From the NCBI GenBank assembly GCA_951406725.2, contig OX597831.1:17298001-17362000 (forward strand): a stretch of DNA of 64,000 nt, written 5' to 3'. Positions 1 through 58,284 of this stretch are shown here, piece after piece. The DNA is from Octopus vulgaris (lineage: Eukaryota). How positions within the stretch are numbered: the stretch's first letter is position 1; every line of letters begins with the position of its first letter. A model generated the notes under the pieces. That model was not told where the DNA came from. It did not search any database and saw nothing but the letters and a program-made list of their open reading frames with translations. The translations under genes were made by a program, and so were the position numbers.

Positions 1-332
1 ACCCTAATTTATAACTAATAATTATTACCAGTAATGCTATTTTAATGTGATGTTAATATTTCGAGAATGTCAAAATTCATTGAAATAATACTTCCTAGAC
101 ATATTTTATATAGCACATCTGTTACGTTGTATGATTGCACAGCGATAAATTACAAGTAACTGTACATTGTGTCACACAGGAAGTGGATCTGGAATTAAAC
201 ACAATATATCGAACTATCAACCCATCGAAATATATATATGTGTGTATCTATCTTTCTATTTATCTATCTATATACACACACACACACATACACAAACATA
301 TATATATATATACATATACATACATACACAGT

Positions 333-444
<112 letters not shown>

Positions 445-1586
445 ATTTTTAAGTCAAACTTTTTTGTCTATTAATCTGTTCTCCAGGTAAATTTTATATC
501 CATAAATAGTTGTAAGTGCTACATCATTACATCAAAGTTGAAACTAGATCAAACAGAATTTCAAAATTAAACACTGTGACAGCAAGATCTATTGAGGTAG
601 TGAACCACAAACGTGGTTGAAAGTCCTAAATCTCTTGTTTTAAATTTTCTTATTTCATTACCAACTTATTCATTATCGATATTCTTTTACTGTTTAATTT
701 GTTTCAGTTATTTGAACGCGGCCATGTTGGACCATCATTGTTACTCGAAGAAATGAATTTCAGGTCTTATTCTGTATAAGACTAGAATTTACGGTCAATA
801 TAAAGACTTCATAGGGAACAAAACTTGGAGCTGTTAACTAGTGTATGGAAAACGAATATGAAAAGGGATGCGTACAGACGACCCTGAGGTGAGAGGACTT
901 TCGGAAAATTCACAAGATCCGATTTTGCCGTCATAACTTATGGACATATATTGACATTTTCACGGAATCCTACGTTTTTTTATTGTAGAGGATCCGATTC
1001 TGAAAAGAAACATTCAAGGATCAGAATATTTAATTGGGCTAACTGGAATTTGAGGTCTAACAGCTGTTTCTGTAACATTCCAAGTGATAGGTTAGCATGC
1101 ATTTACACTGGGCATCCCATCATCAGAGAATAGGTGAGTATGTACGAAAGATGAGGACAGGGAAAGTAAGTGTTTCTAACGAATAAAATTGTAGAGACAA
1201 GAATAAAGAATAAAATAAGTTGATAGAAAACGTCAGAGAATAAGGCATCCACTCGTCTTCTTGAAGACGGTATAGGGCTGGGAAATACTTGGCTTTTGCT
1301 ATTCTCATTCCTTTAATATAACTTTGATAAGTTTGATAGGTCTCGGCCAGTAGAGGTCCAGACCATGTTTAACTCAATTTTAGCTCAGATCAGTCAACGA
1401 TATTTACTCCTTCTAACGACCCAAAACAATGTTATTATTTTAAACAAATAAATTACAAAAATCCCCCATTTTGTGAGTTTGAGTGAATAAATTCCCTTTA
1501 TTGATCTCAGCGAAAATTTAGTACTTTACTAGTAATCAAATATAACCCTCACGAATTTTCATTTTCTACAATTCCGTATTTTGACA

Positions 1587-1667
<81 letters not shown>

Positions 1668-1751
1668 CATACATATATATATATATATTGATAAAAATGG
1701 TAAGACAACAAACGAATGAAAGAGACGGTGGTATTGTGTAAATTACAATTA

Positions 1752-1809
<58 letters not shown>

Positions 1810-1813
<4 letters not shown>

Positions 1814-2530
1814 AATTGAGATAGGGATTGTAAAATGCAACACTCCATGGGATAACATATATCCAATATACTGCTAGTGAAGTGCCCAACAAAGTTAATA
1901 CATAAATGTTAAGGATTGCGATGCAATCAATGCATTTACTGTATTATATGGGCAAAGGTAAAATGATTTACCACAAATTACTAATACGGGATAAGAAAAT
2001 GGAGAAATACATCTAAATCAAATATCAATTACCAGATAATACTCAATCACATACTTTCTTAAACCACCACATAATAGACTGTAGGGTTAAATATAAAAAG
2101 CAGAACAAATCAGTGTACATAAAGGTATGTACATAAAAAGTGTACATAAAAGAGTAATGTTCTATAATAAGTAGAATATATATAAAAGAGAATATAAATA
2201 TAAGTAAATATAAATATAAGTATAGATTAAATCTTACAGCTGTTTCGGCCATGTAGATAAGTATGTCTCATTTTACCAATATTAGCCTTTTATGGTAGGT
2301 CAATAAATATATATAAATATGACATTTACAAAAATATCATAAGGCCTCTTCGGAGATATACATATACATATGAGTGCATATACTCACACTCCTATACATA
2401 TAAAAATATACATATGCATAATAATGTAAATAAATAATATAAATTAGTAAGCATATATATGTTCCATATTCAATGTTTCAGTTCTTCAACTTGATATTGT
2501 GATAATAAACATACACATATTAGTAACTAG
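1810..2530 (-). mobile_element. Penelope-like terminal repeat (pLTR) fragment, same family as 41700-42310 and 8230-8830/10130-10480
   Basis: Near-identical reverse complement of 41870-42305; contains a hammerhead motif. Confidence 0.7.
2229..2358 (-). ncRNA. Type I hammerhead ribozyme motif (U4C variant, long stem-loop II)
   Basis: Minus strand: atct-CCGAAGA-GGCC...GGCC-GAAA-CAGCTG-TA-agat. Confidence 0.6.
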
Positions 2531-3015
2531 ATGCAAAACCCTAAACCCACATATATATATAAACATATATGCAAGTGTTGGCCTTATAGGAATATGGTCA
2601 TAATTTCTCGCTCCTAGTTTCTGTTTATTCACATACAATATTTGTATATATGATTTCACCTTAATCGGTCTGTAGACAGCGAAATCTGAACGGTACTCTA
2701 GAGATGTATAAAACGATGTGGTAATATATGTTCGGCGTTGAACTTTGGCATGGTTATTACATATGCACTGTTGGACAATTATTTGTAAATTTAATTAATA
2801 TTTACACTCGAATGTATGATCAATAAAATTTGACGATCATGCTTGCTGTAAATGTAAGGGATCAAATTCAGATACTTACGGTTTGACCAACCAATGCGTA
2901 TAAACGGGTCAAAAGTAGTAACATGTATGCTATTAGCGAATGGGCATAAGCAAGCAAAACGTTTCTATTTAACACGCATGTATTTCAGATATTGTTTATA
3001 TATATATATATATAT

Positions 3016-3081
3016 AAGCCGACCAAAGACTTGTGAGTGGATTTGGTAGACGGAAACTGAACGAAGCCTGTCGTATATATG

Positions 3082-3124
<43 letters not shown>

Positions 3125-3340
3125 GTGTGTGTGTGTGTGTGTGTATGTGCGTATATGCTTGTGTGTCTGGGTTTGTGCCCCACAAACGTCACTTGACAAC
3201 CGATGGCTGTGTGCTTACCTCCCCGTTACTTAGCGGTTGGGCAAAAGAGAACGATAGAATAAATACTGAGGTCGATATACTCGACTAAAGGCAGTGCTCC
3301 AGCATGGCCACAGTCAAAGGATTGAGACAAAAGACTAAAA
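3016..3340 (+). mobile_element. SINE, 5'-truncated copy of the family at 55615-56020
   Basis: Shares ccgaccaaag..ttgtgagtggatttggtagacggaaactga and the gctccagcatggcc 3' block. Confidence 0.75.
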
Positions 3341-3370
3341 TGTATATAAATACACACACACACACACACA

Positions 3371-3426
<56 letters not shown>

Positions 3427-4083
3427 AAGCAATATAAATTTATCTTTACCATAAGTATGACTCGTAATTATCTACTTTGGTAAAGTGAAGAATACTAAAA
3501 TAACCTTGTGCTTAGAAGCTCAAAGTGACACGCATGCTGAAGTACGTTTGTGGGTGATTCTGCTGGTTTTGTAAGTATTTGCATTTTTAGTTTTCATTTC
3601 TGTTCAGAACAGAAGCTGGTGTGTGTGTATGTGTGCATCTGTGTCCATACAAACGAGATGCATATGAAATAATACAGAAATGCAACTTTTTTATTTATGT
3701 TCCCCAATGCATACGATCGCCATTTGAATATAATACACGTATCTGAATATAATACACGTGTCTTTGGTTGTTTGCATCAGGATGAAAGAACCAGTCCCCA
3801 GTCGTAATATACAACTTTGAAAGACGTATTTGATGCCAGATGGGAACGTACATCTTGATACTTAATTTCAACAGGAAATTAAATTATCAAAATACATTTA
3901 AATATGACATTTGAATAATTAAACATGTGATTAACAGCATATAGTGATGACTATATTATGTATACAGATGTATATGGTATTTTAGTGTAGGTTAGCAGAT
4001 GCTACATCTTCGATATTTCTAAGTGCCACAGTTTTCCATACACAATTATTCACTGCCAAAAAGTTAAGCTGGCAAAATAAACC

Positions 4084-11547
<7,464 letters not shown>

Positions 11548-11748
11548 TAACAATATTGTAAGACTAAAATAAAATATATTGTATTATTTGTAGCGTTTCA
11601 TTTTCAAACTGAAGACTATCTAATTGATACTTGAAAAGTTAAAGTTACGGGAAACGGTCAATCCTCTTCTTATAGAGCGAAACAAAGATACTAACACTGA
11701 ATCATTTATCAAATATCTATCAAATATCAATTAAATATCTATCTATCA

Positions 11749-11781
<33 letters not shown>

Positions 11782-11801
11782 ACTAGCTATCTCTCTCTCT
11801 T

Positions 11802-11851
<50 letters not shown>

Positions 11852-11891
11852 TATATAGATATATATATATATACATACACACACACATACA

Positions 11892-11979
<88 letters not shown>

Positions 11980-11982
<3 letters not shown>

Positions 11983-12115
11983 TTTTCAGTTTTCAGTCTA
12001 CCAAAACCATTCACAAGGCTTTAGTTGGCACGTGGTTATAGTAGAAAACATTTGCCGAAGGTGCCACGCAGAACCATGTTGTTGGGAAGCAAGCTGCCTA
12101 CCACGCAGCTACACC
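11980..12115 (-). mobile_element. SINE head fragment (family of 55615-56020)
   Basis: Reverse complement similar to gtggtaag..agcttg..ccaaccacatggttc...ggtagac.gaaactgaaa. Confidence 0.6.
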
Positions 12116-12159
12116 TGTGTCTCTCTCACGCTCTCTTCGCCCTGTCTCTCTATATATAT

Positions 12160-13037
12160 GAAGACAAATTCGAACTTTTGAAGACAAATTCGAACTGATC
12201 CACTTTGGAAGGGAGGACGCTCTGAAACTCCCATACTCTCTTCCTTCTGGAGAACTTCTCATGGCATCCAACAGCATCAGAGACTTGGGGGTAATAGTAG
12301 ACAACAAATAAGCTGGGCTACACATATAAGCAGCAAAGTTGACATGGCCCGCAGAATGTGTTCCTGGATTCTCAGAACCTTCCAGTCGAGAGATTCCCAC
12401 GCTATTATCCTTCTCTTCTCCACTTTTGCCCGACCCCACCTTGAATACTGCTGTCCACAGTGGTCTCCCTACACAAAACAAAATATTATGAGAATTGAAG
12501 CTCCCCAAAGGTCAATCACAAAAAAGATAGATGGCATGTCAGACCTTGACTACTGGGGTAGACTAGAGAGGCTGAAATTGTATTCACTCCAACGACGCCG
12601 TGAACGCTACATTATCTGTATGATGTGGAAAATATTCCATCAGCACTGTCCGAATAATGTTGGCATCACCTTCAAAATACATCCAAGGCTTGGACCACGT
12701 GCCATCCGTCCACAACAAAAATCTAAATCGCATCACATAACGACAATACGGCACAACTATTTCACCTCAATTGGACCCGCTCTCTTCAACATTACACCAG
12801 GACACGTCAAAAAAGAAACTGACCACACAAAATTCAAGAAGTCTTTGGACAAATTCCTTCAAACAGTACCGGACAAACCACCCACACCCGGATATGTCTC
12901 CGCAAACAATAACTCTCTGCTCGAATGTGCCTTGGTGCCCAAATCCTGAACTGAAAGACTTCGCCAGGTGGTGCTATTAAGTTAGACATGGCCTGGGCCA
13001 ATACTGGCCAAAACCTTTCTAAGTTAAGTTATTAAGA
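12160..13037 (+). mobile_element. 5'-truncated CR1-group LINE (RT C-terminus and 3' end)
   Basis: RDLGVIVD, RPHLEYC..WSPY, RLKLYSLQRRRERY motifs; ORF 12344-12949; taagt-like tail; inserted in (TA)n. Confidence 0.85.
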
Positions 13038-13041
13038 TATA

Positions 13042-13090
<49 letters not shown>

Positions 13091-13095
13091 TATTA

Positions 13096-13265
13096 AATTT
13101 CTAATTATCTCAGAGCGGTGGTGGAACGATAGAGCGGTTGTATACTGTCAACTTAACGTGACAGTTCCGTAAAGCGGAAGCTTCGATGCTTCCTAGGGCT
13201 AAATAGCGGCGGGGCAATTCCCTTTACGGACTGTCACGTTACGTTGATAGTATACAACCGCGCTC
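13096..13265. mobile_element. Hairpin MITE-like element related to 44000-44336
   Basis: Inverted arms ggttgtatact.tcaac.taacgtgacagt; shares gatgcttcctagggctaaa and the cggtggtgg..cgatag flank. Confidence 0.6.
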
Positions 13266-13303
13266 TCACTCTCTCTCTCTCTCCCTATCTACCTATCTAT
13301 CTA

Positions 13304-13336
<33 letters not shown>

Positions 13337-14029
13337 CAGGATTTCAAGTCGTAATGTAGTGCGAACGTTTCAAGCAGCTCCATCAAATTGACGGAGGGAA
13401 GGAAGCAATAATTACATCAATTTAAAATGACCGCTATCTTCAATTTCACAATTATGGATTTTCAACAGACAAGATATATTAATATAAACTTTCTTTAACA
13501 TCTTAACAATGTAAGAGGATGGAAGGAATTCATATTCTGACTATTAGCGATAATAGCTAAGAGAATAACAGAATACAATTTTTAGTGTGGCATGGAATAC
13601 GTTGTGGTCATAAAGTTGTAATACACTTCCAACTTCTCTATTATCTTTATAATCAACAAAAATATAATGCTAAGACTACGTTTATTTTTGATGAAGAGGA
13701 AAGTGAGTAAACATCTTCTAGTAGACTGTTGGTCATACATTTCACGCTTCCACACTTACGCCTCAACACACAAGAAAAAGAAACAAATCTTTAGATACAA
13801 TCAGTTAAAAAGTAGTAGATATCTATACAAGAGTTAGTTAGGGGTGATATTAATTCATGATGTTGTTAGCAGTTAAAGTGTCATACGCTATGAAATTTAG
13901 GATGCTACATTGTGAGCCAAGGAATTCCTTCGCCACCTCTTATCACACATTTCACATGCATAACTTGTGATGAATCAACAAAAGTTAAAGAATAACACAA
14001 ACAAATAGTTATTGCATTATTTGTTTTAT

Positions 14030-23008
<8,979 letters not shown>

Positions 23009-23614
23009 CGCAGTTGTGTCTGTTAAGCACGGCGGCAGATTGAGAAAATGTGTCTTCTATTGAATACGAAATCCAATGCAACACGTGTCTCTCGCCAGGA
23101 TTGTAAATGTTTGCAAACGTAGAGAGGAAGAAGACGACGGGGTTATAGATTCAGCTAACGTTATAACTATAATCAGCATGATGCCCAACACTGCGTATTG
23201 CTCACCAATACATCTAACAAATTCTGGGTTTCTCAAGCGATGCATCCACAAACATCTTGGAACTTAGCCTGAAGATACACTATATATATGTTTATATATG
23301 TATGTGTGTAGAGAGATGTACGTATATAGGTATATATATATATAAATTTAAACACATAGAGAATCCCTATAGGTGGATTCTCTATGTGTTTAAATATACA
23401 GTATATCGTATGACTAATATATAGTCACTTTGACTAAAATTTTTTTACGCGTTAGACCACTGGAAATGTAAATTTTGATTGAATGTTTTTAATTTTAATT
23501 AAATTCCAAATTCGCTTTGATATGATTAAATACGGTATATATATATATATACATGTGTGTATTTATATATGCATATATATATATATATATATAGATGCAT
23601 ATATAAATACACAC

Positions 23615-23652
<38 letters not shown>

Positions 23653-23665
23653 ATGTATAGACACT

Positions 23666-23701
<36 letters not shown>

Positions 23702-24175
23702 CGAAATTTATAATTATAATTGTAATTAAGCATAATTACACACCCTCATCTATCTATCGATCACCCTGTTCATGCCTGCTGGCAAATACAGCCTTATGCT
23801 CGTTTTCCGTGTATGCCTCTGTTTTGCAAGATTTCTTGCCGCATTCCAAAATGGCCATCTAGCTTGACTCTCATTTTCAAAGACTGGTCTCGTGCGGTGC
23901 GAAATTGCTCTTTGAGCGTCTCTAGTTTCTGCAATAAGTGATTTTATTTTTACGTGAACGGGTAATTAGGCCGTTGCTCACCCGCTAAACTGGAGATCCA
24001 GTGGACTATCTTTCGTCTGACTTCTACCCGTCGACCTTATCACCTTGGTTGACCCTACCAGCAGTAAAAGACTCCGGATGATATAGCTCTTCTGGTCATT
24101 GAAGCGCGCAAACACCTCCACCAACATTAAGGCATTACCCCACGGTGGAGATACGCACACACGCATATATATATA

Positions 24176-24213
<38 letters not shown>

Positions 24214-24226
24214 CATATATATATAT

Positions 24227-24272
<46 letters not shown>

Positions 24273-24300
24273 TTATATATATATATATATATATATACAT

Positions 24301-24350
<50 letters not shown>

Positions 24351-24384
24351 AACACACACACACACATATATATATATATACACG

Positions 24385-24424
<40 letters not shown>

Positions 24425-25604
24425 AATACATATATATACATATATATATGCATAGAAAAACATGCATAGCTCCATACATACACACACACACGTACTTACG
24501 TGAATGCACGTGCACAGTGTCGTACACGCATGCGCCCTAACGGACAAACGAAAAGAACGCGGCTCCAATAAAGGAGAGAATCAACGACAATAAAAGAGGT
24601 CGCAAGTGGGAATGAAAATTTAGACGAAATAAATAAAGGAGTGGAAATCGAACCAGCGGGTGTGTTTATTGATATTGCAATAAAACAGAATGACTCATAC
24701 TGGACACAATACAATATGTTTCAACACAGAAATTCACGTAAGGAATCTTTACTAACGAATACAAAACGAAATAATAATGTGTGTAGCCCCTTGTGGGCAA
24801 TAAAGAAATATATATCTCATAATTCACAATAATGTGTTGTTTTTTTTTTATTTCCCGCCTAACATTCGAGCTTTTTCCTCTTGAAAAATTTTCACTTGGT
24901 TTTTCTATCCGTTTTGCCTATTTTATACCAGTTTTAAACCGTAAATGAGCTTTCAGTGGTACCAATTATGCAGTTCTTACCGACGAATCCATGATGATTT
25001 CAATGGTAATACAGGTCTTACTCCTATGGAAATAAAATAAAACCTATATTGTTTCGCAATGATAATGCTGATAACGGCATTTAATGTTGAACATTTGTTA
25101 GTTTATGTATAGAATAATCTGTGTGATGAATTTCATACGAACCCCCAACAAAACGAATCTTCCATACACCCTTATATACACACGCACAGATACGCTGTAT
25201 ACAATCAAGGAAACACACGTACACATACACACGCACGCACACATACATATGCCTGCACACAAATGCACACACACACACACAAACTCGCACAAATACATAT
25301 GCACACACGGATATATATAGAGATGGAGATAGTGAGAGAGAAAGAAAAAATTTCACCTATTGTTACAATCAACAATATCTTTAATATTTCTCATTGATAT
25401 TGAGACTGTCATGTGTTGGTGTCCTTGAAGTTACAAATTTTAAGGGTGTATGAAATATTGAAAGGACCAAGATTCAGGTATTTAATTCCTTCTCCATCTC
25501 TTTTCTCAGGCTTCCAAAAAATATCTTTTGTTAAACCAATAAAAATTACAGTTGAACGCAAACAAATCGTCATTGCATGATCGTTTTTTTAATTCAAATT
25601 TACA

Positions 25605-52890
<27,286 letters not shown>

Positions 52891-53561
52891 CGTGTTTGTC
52901 TCTTAACAACCGTGGTCTCTTCATAAATAACACTTCTAGATTGCTTATTTTTAATACAATGTAACATATGTCTCTCTTCAAAATACTTAATAATTGCATT
53001 CGTACAAATAAGATGCCTAATTTTTATGGTGTCAGCTAATATCATCTAAATTATAGCTCTAATTAGCAAGCTGTTCAGCGCTATATATTGTTAACCGATA
53101 TATCAAGCTAATTCCGAGTCTTACTGAAAGAATGTATACACAAAGATCTAGAAACGTAGCTCAAAGACACGTCATAAATTTATGAATATAAATGTCTGTG
53201 TTTGTGTGTGTGTGTTAGTGCGTCTGTGTTTGTGTGTGAATACATATATATACGTGTGTGTGTTTAGAGAAAAGGCAAACGCTATTGGCATTTCTTTCCT
53301 AATTTAACCAATGTATACACATACACACACACTCACACACAGAACACTCTCACGCACGCGTACACGCACACACAGTGCGTAAGATATCTTAGTGTAAGAA
53401 TCGATCATAGGATATGCTCTTTCTAAGCATAGTACTTGGTGTACCCGCTTTTATTCCCGACCATTAAGTTACGACGGCGTAAACTAAGCAACAGCAGTTG
53501 TCAAGCGATGGCTCGGGAACACACACACACACATTCACATACGCATAAATATATGTATGCA

Positions 53562-53627
<66 letters not shown>

Positions 53628-53679
53628 TAGGCATATACAAACACACAGGTACACCCGCCATATTATATTTATATATATA

Positions 53680-53902
53680 TTTCTTTACTACCTGTAAGGG
53701 GATAAATACAGAGGGGACAAACAAGGACAGACAAACGGATTAAGACGATTACATCGACCTCAGTGCGTAACTGGTACTTAATTTATCGACCCCGAAAGGA
53801 TGAAAGTCGACCACGGCGGAATTTGAACTCAGAACGTAACATCAGACGTAATAAAGGCTACGCATTTCGCCCGGCGTGCTAACTTTTCTGCCACCTCGCC
53901 GT
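53680..53902 (-). mobile_element. tRNA-headed SINE (family of 59709-60080)
   Basis: Reverse complement of ggcgag.tggcagaa..gttagc.cgccgggcgaaatgc...gagttcaaattccgcc. Confidence 0.8.
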
Positions 53903-54029
53903 ATACCTATATATATATAAATATATTGCGGATGTACCTGTGTGTTTGTATATGCATATATACAGGGTGGGGAAGCAAAATATATAAATATATTGCGGAT
54001 GTACCTGTGTGTTTGTATATGCATATATA

Positions 54030-55281
54030 CAGGGTGGGGAAGCAAAATTTACAATATTTTGAGGCAGGGATTGAAAGACATTGTATGACTAATTAGTTTA
54101 TTGAAAGTCATGAGAATTATTTGCCACAAGAAAATTTACATAACAGAAAATGTTTTTATTCTATTTGTCCTCCTTCTTTCTCAATAACTGCCATCACACG
54201 CTTCCTGGATCTTGTGCAAGTGTCCCTCAAATATTCGGGTGACAAAGTCTCCCATTCTTCTTTAATACTATCTTTAAGAGAGTCGACATTACTGTGTGAT
54301 GTTCTTTTGGTAGCATGTTCTAAAACGCCCCAAATAGCATAATCCAGAGGGTTTAGATCTGGGCTAGAAGGTTGCCCTAATCATGATTCCCAAAAATTGC
54401 TAAAGTTGGATTTGCAGAAATCTTGTATTTTTCTAGCTGTGTGGGCTGGAGCACCATCCTGTGTCCATACATAATTGCCATCTGGGTAGTTTGCTTTAAG
54501 CCATGGCAATACCTGGTATATCAGAGTCTTGTAGTAAGTATTAACATTGATCTTTTCATCAGCTTTGTAGAATTTTATACGCACTTTCTTTTTATCGGAA
54601 ACCAACAACACGAAAAGCCATAACTTGAGCAGGATGTTTTGTTTTCAATGTCCCCTTAAACTCAGCTGTTGATTTTGCAATAAATCTGCCATTTCTGCGG
54701 TTCAGAACAGCATCGACACTGAAGACATTTTCATCTAAAAAAGATCGTTACAATGGAGGACTTTTTCTTGAACCATGTAATAATTTTCTTGCACCTTTCC
54801 AATCTCTTTTCCATCATAGCTGTTGTCAACAAGTGTTTTGGTGTTCTTCTGTAAGATTTTAACCTCAAATCATATATTACTGCATTTCTAATGGTCTTGT
54901 TGACTACATCAAGTTCAGTTGCCATTTTTCTCATGGATTTGGTTGGATCCTTTAGGAATTTGGATTTCAGAGCTTTAATAAAAGCTTTGGTACATATTTG
55001 TTGATTCCTCCACTTCCAGACCTCCTCATAATAGTTTTGCTCATAGTCATTCTATTCTTTACATTATAAACAGTCTTTATGGACACTCCAACTATCCTTG
55101 AAATCTCCTTTAGTGTGACGAGTGCATTCACCAAATCACACATTCTTTGACATTTGCTTTCCTGATTACTCATATGGGCAAAAGTTTCTGAAAAGGTAAC
55201 GATAATAGTTTCAAAACAATTGACTTAGTTCCTCCTGAGAAAAAACAACTTAACGTTCATTGTAAATTGTGCTTCCTCACC

Positions 55282-55284
<3 letters not shown>
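54030..55284 (-). mobile_element. Tc1/mariner-superfamily maT (DD37D) transposon, full length but pseudogenised
   Basis: TIRs cagggtggggaagcaaaatttacaat / attgtaaattgtgcttcctcaccctg, TA flanks; QDGAPAH...SPDLNPLDY with 37 residues between the last two D; in-frame stop and frameshifts. Confidence 0.9.
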
Positions 55285-55334
<50 letters not shown>

Positions 55335-55614
55335 AAGTTAATCCAAACAAGAAAGCACAAAAAAACACGAAAACGCGAGGACGGGGAACAAATATATTAT
55401 TAATGGACGCTCAGGAAAGAAGGAAAGAAGGAGGGTCTCACGTTTCGAGCGGAGCTCTTCGTCGGAAACATAAGAGAAGCAAAGATCCAGAGAAGGGAAG
55501 ACAGAGGAAATAATCGCCAACGGTACACACGAGGTGACATTTTTACATATATATATATATATATATACATATACATGTATATATATATATACATATATAT
55601 ACATATATATATAG

Positions 55615-56020
55615 ACGCAAGAGTGGCTGTGTAGTAAGTAGCTTGTTTACCAACCACATGGTTCCGGGTTCAGTCCCACTGCGTTGCACCTTGGGCAAGT
55701 GTCTTCTACTATAGCCTCGGGCCGACCAAATCCTTGTGAGTGGATTTGGTAGACGGAAACTGAAAGAAGCCCGTCGTATATATGTATATATATATATATA
55801 TATATATGCGTGTGTGTGTTTGTGTGTCTGTGTTTGTCCTCCTAGCATTGCTTGACAACCGATGCTGCTGTGTTTATATCCCCGTTACTGAGCAGTTCGG
55901 CAAAAGAGACCGATGGAATAAGTACTGGGCTTACAAAGAATAAGTCCCGGGGTCGATTCGTTCGACTAAAAGTGGTGCTCCAGCATGGCTACACTCAAAT
56001 GACTGAACCAAATAAAAGAA
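55615..56020 (+). mobile_element. Full-length tRNA-derived SINE with internal (TA)/(TG) tract
   Basis: A-box-like gtggctgtgtagtaag, B-box-like ggttcagtccc; several copies in the window. Confidence 0.8.
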
Positions 56021-56758
56021 TAAACGAGTAAGAGTCACTTTCGGAGTCTCGACTGCTATTTTGATTTAAGCTAAGTGACGTCAGAGAAAACTGGCAACGG
56101 TTTGAGACTTTTCTCCTGCAGCCCTCTCTCTGATATTTCGGAACATTTGTGATAACGTGAGAATAATGCTATGAGTCATAATTCCATGCATTTAAGCAAA
56201 CACTTATATAACACACACACACACATCTGAAACACACATACATAGAAACAAACACATACATTTACACACTCATTCACCCACACTTACATGCACACGAAAG
56301 CGTATCAATAAGTCTGCATCCTGAATATTGACAGCGTGTTCATGTAGCAATGCATTATACAGATCATTTTACGACGACATGAAGTGCCAACATTTAAACC
56401 GAAATAATACAGAAAGACTGAGCACATATTCGTTCATCGCGGATAATTAGTGAAAAGAAAATTAAATGTTTAACAATGGAATGCGTTAAACTTGCATCGG
56501 AAATGAGAACAGTCTAAAATCAGCTCTGAGGGAAAAATGGACAACGTGTCATAATACGTATGATAGATACAACATGATGAGCGATATCTATAACGCAGCC
56601 CATTGCAACATCAAATATAATACCTGTATATTTATTATTAGCATCATGCTAACGTGCGAAGAAAAGCACATAAGCGAGGGAAGTCTAATTATATTTCAGA
56701 GACTTTACCAATCCCTCTGTCAGTCTATTTATCTACCAACATTTGGGTCACCCGCTTG

Positions 56759-56877
<119 letters not shown>

Positions 56878-57009
56878 GTTTTTGTGTGTGTGTGCGCGTG
56901 TGAATGGTCTGATCATTAACATCCTCCGATAATAGCTGAACTTTCTTAAAGTACAGAGTTTGTCTATCAACCTATACCTATTTCTCTGTCTCTCTCTCCC
57001 TCTCTCTCC

Positions 57010-57080
<71 letters not shown>

Positions 57081-57395
57081 GGTATGCATGCATGTATGTA
57101 TGTATACATACCATGTGTGTATGTGTTTGTATTAATAAAAGCTATTAAAACCTCCATTTTCTTTGCCGAAAACCGTTACGAATCCAAATCCTCACTAATC
57201 CTCTGGGGAATTTCTTAATGCCTTTGTTTGTCAATATTGTTTTGTTCCAGATTTTGGCCATTTCAAGGTCTCTGCGCATTAAATACATTTTTTTGCGCTG
57301 CATTTCTTCGTCTAACAAGTCTTGCATCAATTTCTCCTCATAATTTCTTCCGTTCATACACACACACACGCACACACGTAACATATATATATATA

Positions 57396-57426
<31 letters not shown>

Positions 57427-57757
57427 ATGTGTGTTTATAAATGGATATCGTAAAAGTGTCGGCTGATAGCTGTATGTAAATAGGTACGATTAAATATTAT
57501 TGTTTTTTGTTGCGTTGAATTTAAAGGTATTCTTGTTGATATTGTTCTGAATTCTAGCTTTGACTTCCGGAAGTCGATAAACAACGCCGATGGCAGACAA
57601 TTCTTACAATATAGCGATAACAACATGAAATTTTGAAAATTGTTACGTTCATATATGGGAATAATTTCGGTGATGAATTTCTTAAAGTACCAACCTGTAA
57701 ACAATTTTAAATTAGCAGGAACGCAGTTTCGTAAATAAATGTATACACGCATATGTT

Positions 57758-57759
57758 AG

Positions 57760-57790
<31 letters not shown>

Positions 57791-58040
57791 ATTTGGCTCA
57801 AAAGCAAATAGCAAGGCCATGTAGGGGGACATGGAGTTAAGTACAGGGTGGTGTTCATATAAAGAGTTCAGGCCACTTGAGGTCAAGGGATGCTTTGAAC
57901 AAAGCGGTCGTCGGCATCTTCACCATCTCGTCTGGCAGCTTGTTCCACGGATCCGCAACCCGGACGGAGAAAGCTCCTCTCCTTCGATTGAGATGAAATC
58001 GTCGCAGGTAGAGCTTTTCGGAATGACCCCGCAGCCGGAA
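57758..58040 (-). mobile_element. CR1-group LINE 3' end with (TAAC)n tail
   Basis: RLRGHSEKL...FSVRV..PWNKLP..V...T...FK.SLD C-terminal motif; (GTTA)n on plus. Confidence 0.8.
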
Positions 58041-58187
58041 AGAAAACCCATGCACGGAAAGAAACGCAAGCACGCGCCCGTGCACACACGTACCAACGCA
58101 CACTAGATGAAACAAACACAGAAATGAAAACACAGTCATATAGAGAGAGGAATAGACAGATAGATAGATCTATCGATAGATAGACAG

Positions 58188-58284
<97 letters not shown>

